A DNA stretch of 60,338 nucleotides, the filler included, from an uncultured bacterium (GTDB taxonomy: Bacteria > Auribacterota > CAZIXI01), in the NCBI GenBank assembly GCA_964543115.1. It is 3 parts of 3 records of this genome, joined end to end, with 100 filler letters (N's around TTAATTAATTAA, not from the genome) between each part and the next. Parts side by side here need not be neighbours in the genome. Positions count along the whole stretch, not along the records: positions 1 to 20,217 come from CAZIXI010000033.1; 2 more parts are not named here. The stretch is one strand, 5' to 3'. Below, in pieces: positions 1 through 9,600 of the stretch. Position 1 is the first letter of the stretch, and the number at the start of each line of letters is the position of its first letter. A program made the translations under genes and the position numbers. The notes beneath the pieces were generated by a model. It searched no databases. It was not told the DNA's origin and worked only from the letters and a program-made list of their open reading frames with translations.

Positions 1-85
1 ACAGGCAAGGGCAGTCTATAATATTCCTCTATGGCAGTCCCAAGCGAAGCTTGGGATAAGAATCTCTGCAGCTATCATCTTCATT

Positions 86-2956
86 GTGGCAATTCTTTCC
101 TTAAGCATCTCTTATGCAGCAACTAACCAATGGACTTTTTCCGACCAGCAAGACTATCAGCTTAGTGATCAGGCTAAATTAGAGGTAACCGGGGGAGCGG
201 TGCGCCTTAGAGCAATAACAGCAAGGAGTATTGATAATGCTGCTGCCGGTTTTAGTGCCGGTGTGGGCATCCAGAGCTTGAATGGTGTACTGGAATTAAC
301 TGCCGGACAGAGTTCCGCTGTTTTTACTTCTCTGGTAAAGAGCGGGATAAACTGGACCAATATTTCCTGGACCCCGGTGGCTCCCTATGGCAAGGAATTG
401 CCGGATGACGGGGCTAAGGAAACCGCCTACCGGCAGGGTAACATTGATATGTCCGGATGTATTTTGCTAATGCATCTTAATGATACGTCAGCGGTGGACG
501 GTGCCGGCATTACGGATAATTCCGGGCTGGCAGGAAACGGAACGCTGACCACTAATGAGGGTACTGTTAATAAATCAACTACGGGGAAGTTGCAGCAGGC
601 CCTGCAGTTTGACGGAGCAGATGACCGGATCGCGCTTAATTTGCCCGCGGCCGGGACAGCGGTTACTGCCGCCGCCTGGTTTAAGCGATCGGGTGCTCCC
701 GGAAATAGATATCATGTAATTCTTGGTCCGACAACACTGGAAATAAGTGTTCCCGACGGAGTGTCTCTAAATCATGACGGTAAGATAAGGGCCGGGCTCA
801 GAACGGCGGATAACACGCGGCATGTTTTTAACAGCGGGACAAAGGGACTGGTAATAGACGGGAACTGGCATCATCTGGCCCTGACCTATGACGGCAGTAA
901 ACTGCTGGCCTATGTCGACGGGCAAAAGACTGGCGAGAAAAACGTCAGCGGGGCCTTAAAGGGTTATTCACAGACAATCGGTAAATTGAGCCCGACCAGT
1001 TCATATGCTACTAACGGGTTGATTGATGAAGTGGCTATCTGGAGCAAATGTTTATCCGCGGATGATATTCTAAATCTTTATCAGCGCGGCGCGCTGAGTT
1101 TGAAACTGCAGGTACGGGCCGGGGATCGTTATCCGCTTAGCGGTAACTATGTGGGCCCGGATGGAACAACAACAAGCTATTTTGCCGAATCGGCTAACAC
1201 CGTGGTTGTTTTGCCGGCGGCCAATTTAGCCGGTTATTCCGGGAAGACCTATTTTCAATATCAGGTGTTACTGGAAACAGACGATACAACTATTTCTCCC
1301 CAGTTGACGGATGTGAGTGTGGATTATCAGTATTACGCGGCGGATGATCCCTATGTGGTGAATAAAATTGCGGCAGAAGAGTTTTCTGCGCTTACTAAAT
1401 TCAGTGATGTTTTAGGGGCTAATAATCAGGGTGATGTGCGTTATCAGATTTCTGCCGACGGCAGCAGCTGGTATTATCATAGTGGAGAGAAGTGGGCCGC
1501 TGCTTCCGGTTATTCGCAAACTAACACTGCTGCCGAGATTGATGCCGGTGCCGCTACCTTCGCGCAGACGGCAGGAAAAGGCGATTTTTATTTTAAGGCC
1601 TTTTTACATTCTGACGGCACACAGACGGTGGAGCTGGATGAGATATCACTGCAAAATACTCCTTATGGTTCACTGGTCTGTTACCTGGCCGAAGGCGCGA
1701 CCAGTGACAGTATTGATGAATGGTTGTTGATTCAAAATCCCAATACCGGTGCGGCTCAAGTAAAACTGTCTTTTCTAAATGAACAAGGGATAAAACATAC
1801 TGAAGAGATAACAATTGCCTCGGAGAGCCGGTATACCCTGCGGGTTAACGACATTATTCCAGCCGGGAATTGTTCAATTGTTGTGAGTTCCCTGAATGAT
1901 GTGGGGGTAAATGCCGAACGGGCCATGTATTGGGGCAATAATTGGTACGGCGGCCATTGCAGTCAGGCAGCCACGGAAACCGCAAGCTGCTGGTACCTGG
2001 CCGAGGGCAGTACCAATGGCTTTACTGAATATGTCTCCGTCTTGAATCCGGGAGAAGAGGAGGCAGAAGTAACGTTTACTTTTATGCTGCCGGAAGGAGT
2101 GTCGGTAGAGCGTGATGTTACGATTGCCGCAGAGAGCAGATATACAATGAATGTTAATGATATTCCCGTCCTGCAGGATAAGGATGTGTCGGTAAAGGTA
2201 GAAACTAAAAACGGTGCCGGTATTGTTGCCGAAAGGGCAATGTACTGGTCGGGTGACGGAGTTGACTGGACCGGCGGTCATTGTACCTTAGGGGCAACGG
2301 CCGCTGCTACAGACTGGTATTTTGCCGAAGGCTGTACAGACGGGTTTGATCAGTACCTGCTGGTTATGAATCCCGGTAAAGAGACGGCCCAGGTGGAGGC
2401 GAGATTTTACCAGGAAGACGGCGAGCAGTACGTGGAGAAGATCACTGTTTTACCCGAGAGCCGGCATACCATTTATGCCAATAGCGTGATTCCGGATAGT
2501 TCTTTTTCCGCACAGATATCGTCTGCCGGCGGTGTTGGTGTAGTTGTCGAACGGGCAATGTACTGGCGGGAAAATCAGGGGCCGGACGCGCAGTATGAGC
2601 AGGACAGCCAGTGGATCGGCGGGCATTGCAGTCTGGGGATGACCGCGGCGGATAACATCTGGTATTTGGCTGAAGGCACTACGGCGGGTGATTTTGATCA
2701 ATGGATTCTATTGTTAAATACCAATAGTTATAATGCCGATGTGCGGTTGACGTATATGCAGGAAGACGGAACGCGTCTTTACCGGACGGTAACCGTTCCG
2801 GCGCGCAGCCGTTATTCTGTTCATGCCAACAGCTTGATTCCCCGGGCTTCTTTTTCGGTAAAGATAGAGTCCGTTAATACTGAAGAGTTTTTCGTTGAGC
2901 GGGCCATGTACTGGGGCGATGGTGTTGACGGGCATTGCACGATGGGCGCGCGGTAA
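86..2956 (+). CDS. Secreted/surface protein: LamG-like jellyroll domain plus four C-terminal ~105-aa beta-rich repeats (DUF5719-like); true start probably upstream of the window
   Basis: Frame is open from position 2 (..KLGIRISAAIIFIVAILSLSISYAA, signal-peptide-like). LamG motifs: ALQFDGADD, WHHLALTYDGSKLLAYVDG, FNGxIDE-like NGLIDEVAIW. Four LAEG..NP..ERAMYW..GGH repeats. Confidence 0.75.
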   Translation: MAILSLSISYAATNQWTFSDQQDYQLSDQAKLEVTGGAVRLRAITARSIDNAAAGFSAGVGIQSLNGVLELTAGQSSAVFTSLVKSGINWTNISWTPVAPYGKELPDDGAKETAYRQGNIDMSGCILLMHLNDTSAVDGAGITDNSGLAGNGTLTTNEGTVNKSTTGKLQQALQFDGADDRIALNLPAAGTAVTAAAWFKRSGAPGNRYHVILGPTTLEISVPDGVSLNHDGKIRAGLRTADNTRHVFNSGTKGLVIDGNWHHLALTYDGSKLLAYVDGQKTGEKNVSGALKGYSQTIGKLSPTSSYATNGLIDEVAIWSKCLSADDILNLYQRGALSLKLQVRAGDRYPLSGNYVGPDGTTTSYFAESANTVVVLPAANLAGYSGKTYFQYQVLLETDDTTISPQLTDVSVDYQYYAADDPYVVNKIAAEEFSALTKFSDVLGANNQGDVRYQISADGSSWYYHSGEKWAAASGYSQTNTAAEIDAGAATFAQTAGKGDFYFKAFLHSDGTQTVELDEISLQNTPYGSLVCYLAEGATSDSIDEWLLIQNPNTGAAQVKLSFLNEQGIKHTEEITIASESRYTLRVNDIIPAGNCSIVVSSLNDVGVNAERAMYWGNNWYGGHCSQAATETASCWYLAEGSTNGFTEYVSVLNPGEEEAEVTFTFMLPEGVSVERDVTIAAESRYTMNVNDIPVLQDKDVSVKVETKNGAGIVAERAMYWSGDGVDWTGGHCTLGATAAATDWYFAEGCTDGFDQYLLVMNPGKETAQVEARFYQEDGEQYVEKITVLPESRHTIYANSVIPDSSFSAQISSAGGVGVVVERAMYWRENQGPDAQYEQDSQWIGGHCSLGMTAADNIWYLAEGTTAGDFDQWILLLNTNSYNADVRLTYMQEDGTRLYRTVTVPARSRYSVHANSLIPRASFSVKIESVNTEEFFVERAMYWGDGVDGHCTMGAR
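1675..2953 (+). repeat. Four tandem ~105-aa protein repeats (WY[LF]AEG-T ... [AV]ERAMYW ... GGHC)
   Basis: Repeats start at CYLAEGAT, WYLAEGST, WYFAEGCT and WYLAEGTT; each ends in ERAMYW..G(G)HC. Boundaries approximate. Confidence 0.85.
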
Positions 2957-2972
2957 TTCCAGTATGGCGAAG

Positions 2973-4373
2973 TCAAGCGGCCAAAAACACAGTTTCTTCT
3001 TTTGCGGGTAAAACGGATTTGATATTCAGGGACCGCAGTTTCTGGTGTAATTCCTCAGATTGTTTCGGCTCACCGTGAACAAGAAAAACCTTCTTTAATG
3101 TTTCACCGCATTCTTTCGCAAAGCGGACAAGCGCCTCTTTGCCCGCGTGGGCGCTGAAGGCGTCGATGACGATTACCTCCGCTTTTAATTCGTAGGGCCG
3201 CCCGAAGATGTTAACCAGTTCTTTTCCGGAAAATATCCGCCGGCCCAGGGTGTGTTTGGGCATATAGCCGACAATGATGATGGTGTTATAGGGGTTTTCA
3301 ATATTGTTTTTAAGATGGTGGAGGACGCGGCCGTTTTCACAGGTGCCGGAAGCGGAGATAATAATCATCGGACCGCTCAGATCATTGAGTTTTTTTGATT
3401 GGCCGACATTTTTGATATAGCTGATGTTTTTGTGGCTGAGCGGGTCCAGTTCATTGCGGTATAATTCCTTTGTTTCCCGGTCAAAATATTCCCAGTTGTC
3501 CTGAAATACCTTGGTAATGTTTACAGCCAGGGGACTATCCACATAAACAGGGACATCTTTAATTTTCTTTTTACGCAGCAGGCGGGTGACGTAATAAATT
3601 ACCTCTTGAGTTCTTTCCAGGGCAAAAGAAGGGATGATGACTTTCCCCCCGCGTTTAATGGTTTTATTGATTGCCGTCTGCAGTTGTTCTTCGGCGGTTT
3701 CCGCCGGCGGATGGGACCTTGCTCCATAGGTGCTTTCCAGGATAAGATAATTTACCCCTTTGGGGATCTCCGGATCTTTCAGGTAAGGGAGATTTGTCCG
3801 GCCAAGGTCAACGGCGTAGGCGATGCGGGTGACGCCTCTTTTTGTTTTAATATCAATTGTCGGAATGGAAGAACCAAGAATATGGCCGGCCTCAAAGAAG
3901 GTGAGGTCCACTCCCGGGGCAACCTGAAACCGGCGGTGATATTCGACCGGGCGCAGAGATTTGATGGCGCTTCTGGCCTCCTCCCGGGTATAGAGCGGCC
4001 AGCGAAGCGGCAGGCCGCGGCGCTTATTGATTTTATTAACATATTTTATGTCTGTTTCCTGTACATAACCGCTGTCCGGTAACATGAACCGGCAGAGGTC
4101 TCTGGTGGCCGGGGTGAGATAGGCTTTTTTGCGAAAACCTTTTTTAACCAGAGTGGGGAAATTGCCGCAGTGATCAATATGGGCGTGAGAAATGATACAG
4201 CCGTCAAGATCCTGAGGATTAAAGGGAAAATGGGAATTAACATCGAAGAATTCATCACGGCGTCCCTGAAAAAGGCCAACATCAATGAGGATGTTGCTGT
4301 TATTAACCGTCAAGAGGTGCATGGAACCGGTAACCGTACCCACGCCGCCGCAAAAAGTGATTGCTATTGTCAT
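2973..4373 (-). CDS. MBL-fold metallo-hydrolase, beta-CASP family (RNA-processing type)
   Basis: Motifs DVGLFQG, SHAHIDH, AGHILGS, ESTYG, FSAHA. Start moved to the ATG at 4373 (MTIAITFCGG). Confidence 0.9.
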   Translation of the reverse strand: MTIAITFCGGVGTVTGSMHLLTVNNSNILIDVGLFQGRRDEFFDVNSHFPFNPQDLDGCIISHAHIDHCGNFPTLVKKGFRKKAYLTPATRDLCRFMLPDSGYVQETDIKYVNKINKRRGLPLRWPLYTREEARSAIKSLRPVEYHRRFQVAPGVDLTFFEAGHILGSSIPTIDIKTKRGVTRIAYAVDLGRTNLPYLKDPEIPKGVNYLILESTYGARSHPPAETAEEQLQTAINKTIKRGGKVIIPSFALERTQEVIYYVTRLLRKKKIKDVPVYVDSPLAVNITKVFQDNWEYFDRETKELYRNELDPLSHKNISYIKNVGQSKKLNDLSGPMIIISASGTCENGRVLHHLKNNIENPYNTIIIVGYMPKHTLGRRIFSGKELVNIFGRPYELKAEVIVIDAFSAHAGKEALVRFAKECGETLKKVFLVHGEPKQSEELHQKLRSLNIKSVLPAKEETVFLAA

Positions 4374-4388
4374 AAGGATATATATAAT
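4361..4388 (+). promoter_or_regulatory. Candidate sigma70 promoter for pcrA/uvrD (TTGCTA-16-TATAAT)
   Basis: TTGCTA at 4361-4366 and TATAAT at 4383-4388, in and next to the 48-bp divergent intergenic gap. Confidence 0.4.
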
Positions 4389-4421
4389 ATAACAAAAGCG
4401 TTTACGCGGCAATCGGAAAAA

Positions 4422-6359
4422 ATGAAAACAGACGTAACGAATAATTTAAATAAACAGCAATTAGAGGCCGTCACTCATTTGGGGACGCCGCTCCTGGTAG
4501 TGGCCGGGGCGGGGAGCGGCAAGACGAGGGTGATTACCTACCGGATCGCCTATTTGATCGCTCATGGTGTAGCGCCCTGGAACGTTCTGGCGGTAACCTT
4601 TACTAACAAGGCTGCCGGGGAGATGAAATCCCGGATAGAACAGCTTCTGGGCGAGCGTGTCTGGGTCAATGTCGGTACCTTCCACGCTACCTGTGTGCGG
4701 ATCCTGCGTGCCGAGGCCGGAGAGATTGGCCTGGAGCCGAATTTCATTATTTATGATGAGTTGAACAAATTGACCCTGGTCAAACAGATATGTAAGGAGT
4801 TAAACCTCAATGAACGTAACTTCCATCCGAAAGAGATAGCCGCCAAGATCAGTTCAGCGAAAAATAAACTGCAATCTCCGGATAAGTTTCAGCGAAAGGC
4901 GCATTATTATCCCGATAAAATAATTGCCAGGATCTATACCCTCTATCAGCAACGCCTCTCGGCCAATAATGCCGTTGATTTTGATGATATTATTATGTAT
5001 GTAGTGGGCCTGTTTCGCAGGCACCCGGCTGTCCTGCAGAAATACCAGCAGCGCTTTCAGCATATCCTGATTGATGAATACCAGGATACCAATCATGCCC
5101 AGTACCAGCTGGTGAAGCTGCTGGCGGGGGAAGGGGAGAATCTCTGTGTGGTGGGCGACCCGGACCAGTCCATTTATCGCTGGCGGGGAGCGGATGTCAG
5201 TAATATTATGCGGTTTGTGCGGGATTATGCGGCGGTTAAGATTATTCCGCTGGAACAGAATTACCGCTCAACACAGACCATTTTATCGGCGGCCAACGGT
5301 TTGATTCAGCATAATACCATGCGTCAGGAAAAAGACCTCTGGTCGGAAAACGGGGCGGGTGATGTGATCACTGTTTATAACGGGGATGACGAACGCGATG
5401 AGGCGCATTTCATTACCAGTGTGGTAAAGGGGCTGAAGCAGGTAAGGGGCGTTTCTTATTCGGATATGGTGGTTTTTTACCGTACCCATGCCCAATCACG
5501 GATTTTTGAAGAGGCCCTGCGTTACGCGGATATCCCTTATGATATTGTCGGCGGAATAAGTTTTTATGAACGCAAGGAAATTAAGGATATTGTCGCCTAT
5601 TTGGTTTTGCTGGTCTGTCCGCAGGACGAAGTGAGCCTGCGGCGGGTAATTAATTTTCCCGCCCGGGGGATCGGTAAAACCGCCCTGGCGGCTGTTGAGC
5701 AGACAGCCGGCGAGAAGGGTAAGTTCTTCAATCAGGTGGTTTGGGATTCGCTCGGGGAAGAGGAATTACCGGCTAAGGTGCGGGAAAAGGTAAAGAAATT
5801 TGCCATGTTAATAAATAAATTGCGCAAAAAAATGTCTAAACACGATGTGGCCGGGGTTATTCGGGAACTGATCGAGCAGATCGGTTATTTTGCCGAATTG
5901 CGCAAGGGTGAGAAGATCCAGGCGGAAACCCGGATTGAGAATGTAAAGGAACTGGTTTCGGCAGCGGAAAATTTTATGGCTACACATCAAGGCGCCGGAC
6001 TGGCGGAATTTTTAGAAGAGGTTTCGCTTCTTTCACGGGTAGATCAGTGGGAAGAGGCTGAGGAACGCCTGACCTTAATGACCCTGCATTGCGCCAAGGG
6101 CCTGGAGTTTGAGGTAGTAATGATGGTGGGCATGGAAGAGGGTCTTTTCCCGCATCATAGTTCACTTTCTAATCTGGAAGAACTGGAAGAAGAACGCCGG
6201 CTTTGTTATGTGGGTATGACCCGGGCCAAACAAAAATTATTCATGTCCCATGTTGATGAACGCATGCTTTACGGCCGCCGCAGTTATTGTGTGCCCTCCA
6301 AGTTTCTTGACGAAATTCCTGACGAATTAAAGATGCACGGCAGCTATCAGTACTTATAA
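4422..6359 (+). CDS. pcrA: UvrD/PcrA superfamily 1 DNA helicase (short C-terminus)
   Basis: Motifs AGAGSGKT, TFTNKAA, IDEYQDTN, VGDPDQSIY, LEQNYRS, TLHCAKGLEF, EERRLCYVGMTRA. Start moved to the ATG at 4422 because the 4170 start overlaps the opposite-strand gene. Confidence 0.95.
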   Translation: MKTDVTNNLNKQQLEAVTHLGTPLLVVAGAGSGKTRVITYRIAYLIAHGVAPWNVLAVTFTNKAAGEMKSRIEQLLGERVWVNVGTFHATCVRILRAEAGEIGLEPNFIIYDELNKLTLVKQICKELNLNERNFHPKEIAAKISSAKNKLQSPDKFQRKAHYYPDKIIARIYTLYQQRLSANNAVDFDDIIMYVVGLFRRHPAVLQKYQQRFQHILIDEYQDTNHAQYQLVKLLAGEGENLCVVGDPDQSIYRWRGADVSNIMRFVRDYAAVKIIPLEQNYRSTQTILSAANGLIQHNTMRQEKDLWSENGAGDVITVYNGDDERDEAHFITSVVKGLKQVRGVSYSDMVVFYRTHAQSRIFEEALRYADIPYDIVGGISFYERKEIKDIVAYLVLLVCPQDEVSLRRVINFPARGIGKTALAAVEQTAGEKGKFFNQVVWDSLGEEELPAKVREKVKKFAMLINKLRKKMSKHDVAGVIRELIEQIGYFAELRKGEKIQAETRIENVKELVSAAENFMATHQGAGLAEFLEEVSLLSRVDQWEEAEERLTLMTLHCAKGLEFEVVMMVGMEEGLFPHHSSLSNLEELEEERRLCYVGMTRAKQKLFMSHVDERMLYGRRSYCVPSKFLDEIPDELKMHGSYQYL

Positions 6360-6513
6360 ACCAACCCCTTTCTCCTGTTTGGATGAAACTTGTTTCAAAC
6401 TTCCTGAAATCTACTTCAAATTAGACACTGTCTATGTAGTGTTTTACTACTCTGTTTTTTCCTCTTCTTTTATAAGTTATTTATAGTTAATAATATATAT
6501 AATTATCTTTTTA

Positions 6514-6530
6514 TTGGTATATTACTTGCT
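6514..6530 (+). promoter_or_regulatory. Candidate sigma-54 (-24/-12) promoter upstream of the giant genes
   Basis: TTGGTATATTACTTGCT has exact GG-N10-GC spacing and TTGCT at -12, within an AT-rich region about 110 bp upstream of the ATG. Confidence 0.5.
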
Positions 6531-6587
6531 GTAAATATATATTGGTGATTATTATGTCGTGTATATATAAGTATTTGTCAACAGAAA

Positions 6588-6622
6588 AGTTTACACTTAT
6601 GCCCTGGGCATAAGTGTAAACT
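6588..6622. repeat. Perfect 35-bp palindrome (17-bp arms, 1-nt centre)
   Basis: AGTTTACACTTATGCCC-T-GGGCATAAGTGTAAACT, ending 20 nt before the ATG at 6643. Confidence 0.95.
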
Positions 6623-6642
6623 ATTGGGAGAGGGAAGAGAAT

Positions 6643-9600
6643 ATGTTTTGGCGGTTGCTGACAATACTAATTATTGTTTCCCTACTTTGTCCGCCGGCAT
6701 TGGCGGTGCCGGCGCCCACTAAGTATTATTTTCCTAACTATCATCCGGTGCGCCAGCCGGCAGAAGAGATCTATATTGATCAGCAGTTTGGCGCGATCCT
6801 GGAACGGAAAATCAGTCCGGAGCGTGAGCAGTTGATTGTGCTGGTGCAGGATGCCCATTGTAATTACCAGGCGCAAACCAATATCGCTAAGATTCTCGAG
6901 GTATTGATTGGCGATTATGGTATTGATCTGGTGGGAATGGAAGGAGCGGTGGGCAAGCACGATCTCAGCTGGTATGAAAACCTGGGTACGTCCCGGGCCA
7001 GGGAAAAGGTCAGTGACATTTTTGTCCGGAAGGGCCTGGTTACCGGTGCGGAATATTTGCGAATAACAGCTTCCGAACAACTGCCGTTTACGATCTACGG
7101 GATTGAAGACGGGCATCTCTATGTGAATAATTTTATTTCCTTCCGCCGGGCCTGGGCGCACAGCCGCGAGGCGGGGATCTTTATTGAGGAAATGCGGCAG
7201 GCAATCGAGAAGTTGAAGGAAAAAATATATTCCCCGGAATTATTGGAGTTTGACAGGCAGCAGGCGGCCTATGATCAGGGAGAACTGGATTTAGCGGAAT
7301 GGATAAAGTATCTTTCGTCTCGCGTAAAAGAAGATTCTCCATACTTGCAGAGCACAATGCTTGCTCTAACAATGGAGGCGATAGCGCTGGAAGAGGAGAT
7401 AGATTTAAAGAGGGTAGAACAGCAACGGGCGGCGGTAGTGCGGCAGCTGCAGCGGGAGTTAGCGGAAGATGATATGGAAATGCTGGTAGAGAAAAGTTTT
7501 CTGTTTAAGTTGGGAAAGATTTCGGCGATGGAATTCTACGGCTATCTGCCGATCACTGATGAAGATGCTTATCCGGAATTGACCGAATACATAAAACTGT
7601 TAAAACTGCAGGCGGAGTTAGATAGCAATCAGTTATTTCAGGAACTGGCCGGGCTGGCGGTTGTTGTTAGAGAAGGATTAATCCGGAATGAGGATCAGCG
7701 CCAGCTGGCGGAACTGACAGGGAAAGTAAATATTCTGGCCAAGCTCCTGACCCTCAAACTGACGCGGGAAGAGTTGGCGTATTATAAGGATAATCAGGCG
7801 GGATTCCGGACAGAGAAGCTGATCCAGCTGGTGAAAAAGGAGTTGCCGCAGAAGGTGCTGTCTTTGCTGCCCGAGGTAGATAAGTGGCTGATGCCGGCGG
7901 CGAATTTTTACCGGCTGGCACTGGAACGGGACCAGGTGCTCTTGGATAATCTGCTGGCCCGAATGGATGAGGGCAGGCGGCAGACGGCGGTTATGGTTAC
8001 CGGCGGGTTTCATGTCAGCGGGATAACAAAGATGCTCAAAGAAAAAGGAATTAATTATCTGGTAGTAGCGCCAATCATTAGCGAAAAAGAAAAAGATAAT
8101 CCTTATCATTTATTAATGTTAACTGACCGTGTCCAGGCCCTGGCCCTGCCGGGATTCCTGGTGTCTGATGAGATCACCGAGCTCCTGGCCATGACCAGCT
8201 GGCAGGAGGAGGTGCGGGCGGATTTCCTGCGCCTGCTTACAGGTGAAATGTCCAAGCGGGCATTTAAAAGGAAATGGTCAGCGAAAGTGAGTGTTACTGA
8301 AGAGGATATAGAGGTATTGGAGAGGTTAAAAGGGCTATTGCGTGAGCTGCCGCAGGGACGTTTGCGGGTGGAGGATGTTGATGAGTTGTTTTTTATCCAG
8401 CGCCAGCGGCCGGGACCAGCTGGAGAAGCTCCAGGGGCTGCGGTGCCTGCTCACTGGGAGGCAATGGAAATAGAGCCGGATAGTGATTATTATCTGGACG
8501 GCCTGGAGCGGGATGGTCAACGCACAGTCCGGGGGATTAAGGCGGCTTTGAGTTCAGAAGGCACAGAACCGCTGTTGCCGGTTGCCGGCCTGGGGGCAAA
8601 AGTAGACTCCCGCTTACAGCAGGGATTGGAAAAATCTCCGACGGATTTTCGGGAGGTACTTGAGCGGGCACTAAGGGAAGCGAAGAGCTATGCTTTGAGC
8701 CTGGGCTATACTGATGGGCAAATAAACAGGCAGTTGGCGGCCAAGGGTAATTTGTTGACAGTTGCCTTGCTGGACCGTTCCACTCATCTGGCAGAGAATC
8801 ATCTTGCGGATGGGTTTATTGGGATTAATCGCCTGGCAGTGAAAATTTATCAGGATCTAATCGTGCGTTACGGTCAGGCCATGGCGGATGGTTTCCTGCA
8901 GTTATTGCTGGAACATGAATTGATCCATGAACTGACCGGTGAGGATGAGGCAATTGAACCGCGGCTGGCAGCGCGGGACGCGGCCAGATTGGTAGTGCTG
9001 GCTGGGCAGAACCGGGTAATTCCCTTTCAACTCCTGCATTTTCTCCAACAGCGAGGCGTGCGGGTGGCTGAGGAGTTCAGTTATTCGCTACAGAGAGGTG
9101 TTGGCGAGGCGCCGGTAACCAGCACTGAGCACAGATGGCGGCTGATAGCCGATTATCTGGGCATTGCCTATGAGGAATTGCCTGCCTGGCAGGCGGCCAA
9201 TCCGGAGCAGGCGCGGGCGATTGCCGCTAAACTGCGGGAGGTAAGTGAGAAAAAAGATGAGGGATTGGCACTGACGTTAAAGGCGAATCAGGCCAAGGAG
9301 CGGTTTATTGATGAAGAGACTGCGGGTTTCGTGGAAATGTATCATGAGGTAAATGATATTCTGAGGGATATTCTAGAAGCGGCAGGGTTGGACCCGGATA
9401 ATTTTAAGCTTTACCTGTTGGATTCAGATGAGCCGAACGCCCATGTTTTGCAATATGGTCATTATATATTTGTGAATATTGGACTGATAAAATTTATTAA
9501 GGAAAACGGCGGCAGCCGTGACGCCCTGGCTTTTTGTCTGGCGCACGAAGTGCGGCATATTCCGCAGTGGCTGGAGCTGATTGTGAATAATGAGACTATT

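Noticed and set aside
4170..4421. 84-aa N-terminal extension of PcrA in the ORF track
   Set aside because: It overlaps the start of the opposite-strand beta-CASP gene and the promoter; helicase homology begins right after ATG 4422.
6551..6581. Antisense sigma70 promoter (TTGACA at 6581-6576, CATAAT at 6556-6551)
   Set aside because: The spacer would be 19 bp and there is no minus-strand gene to drive; too weak to call.
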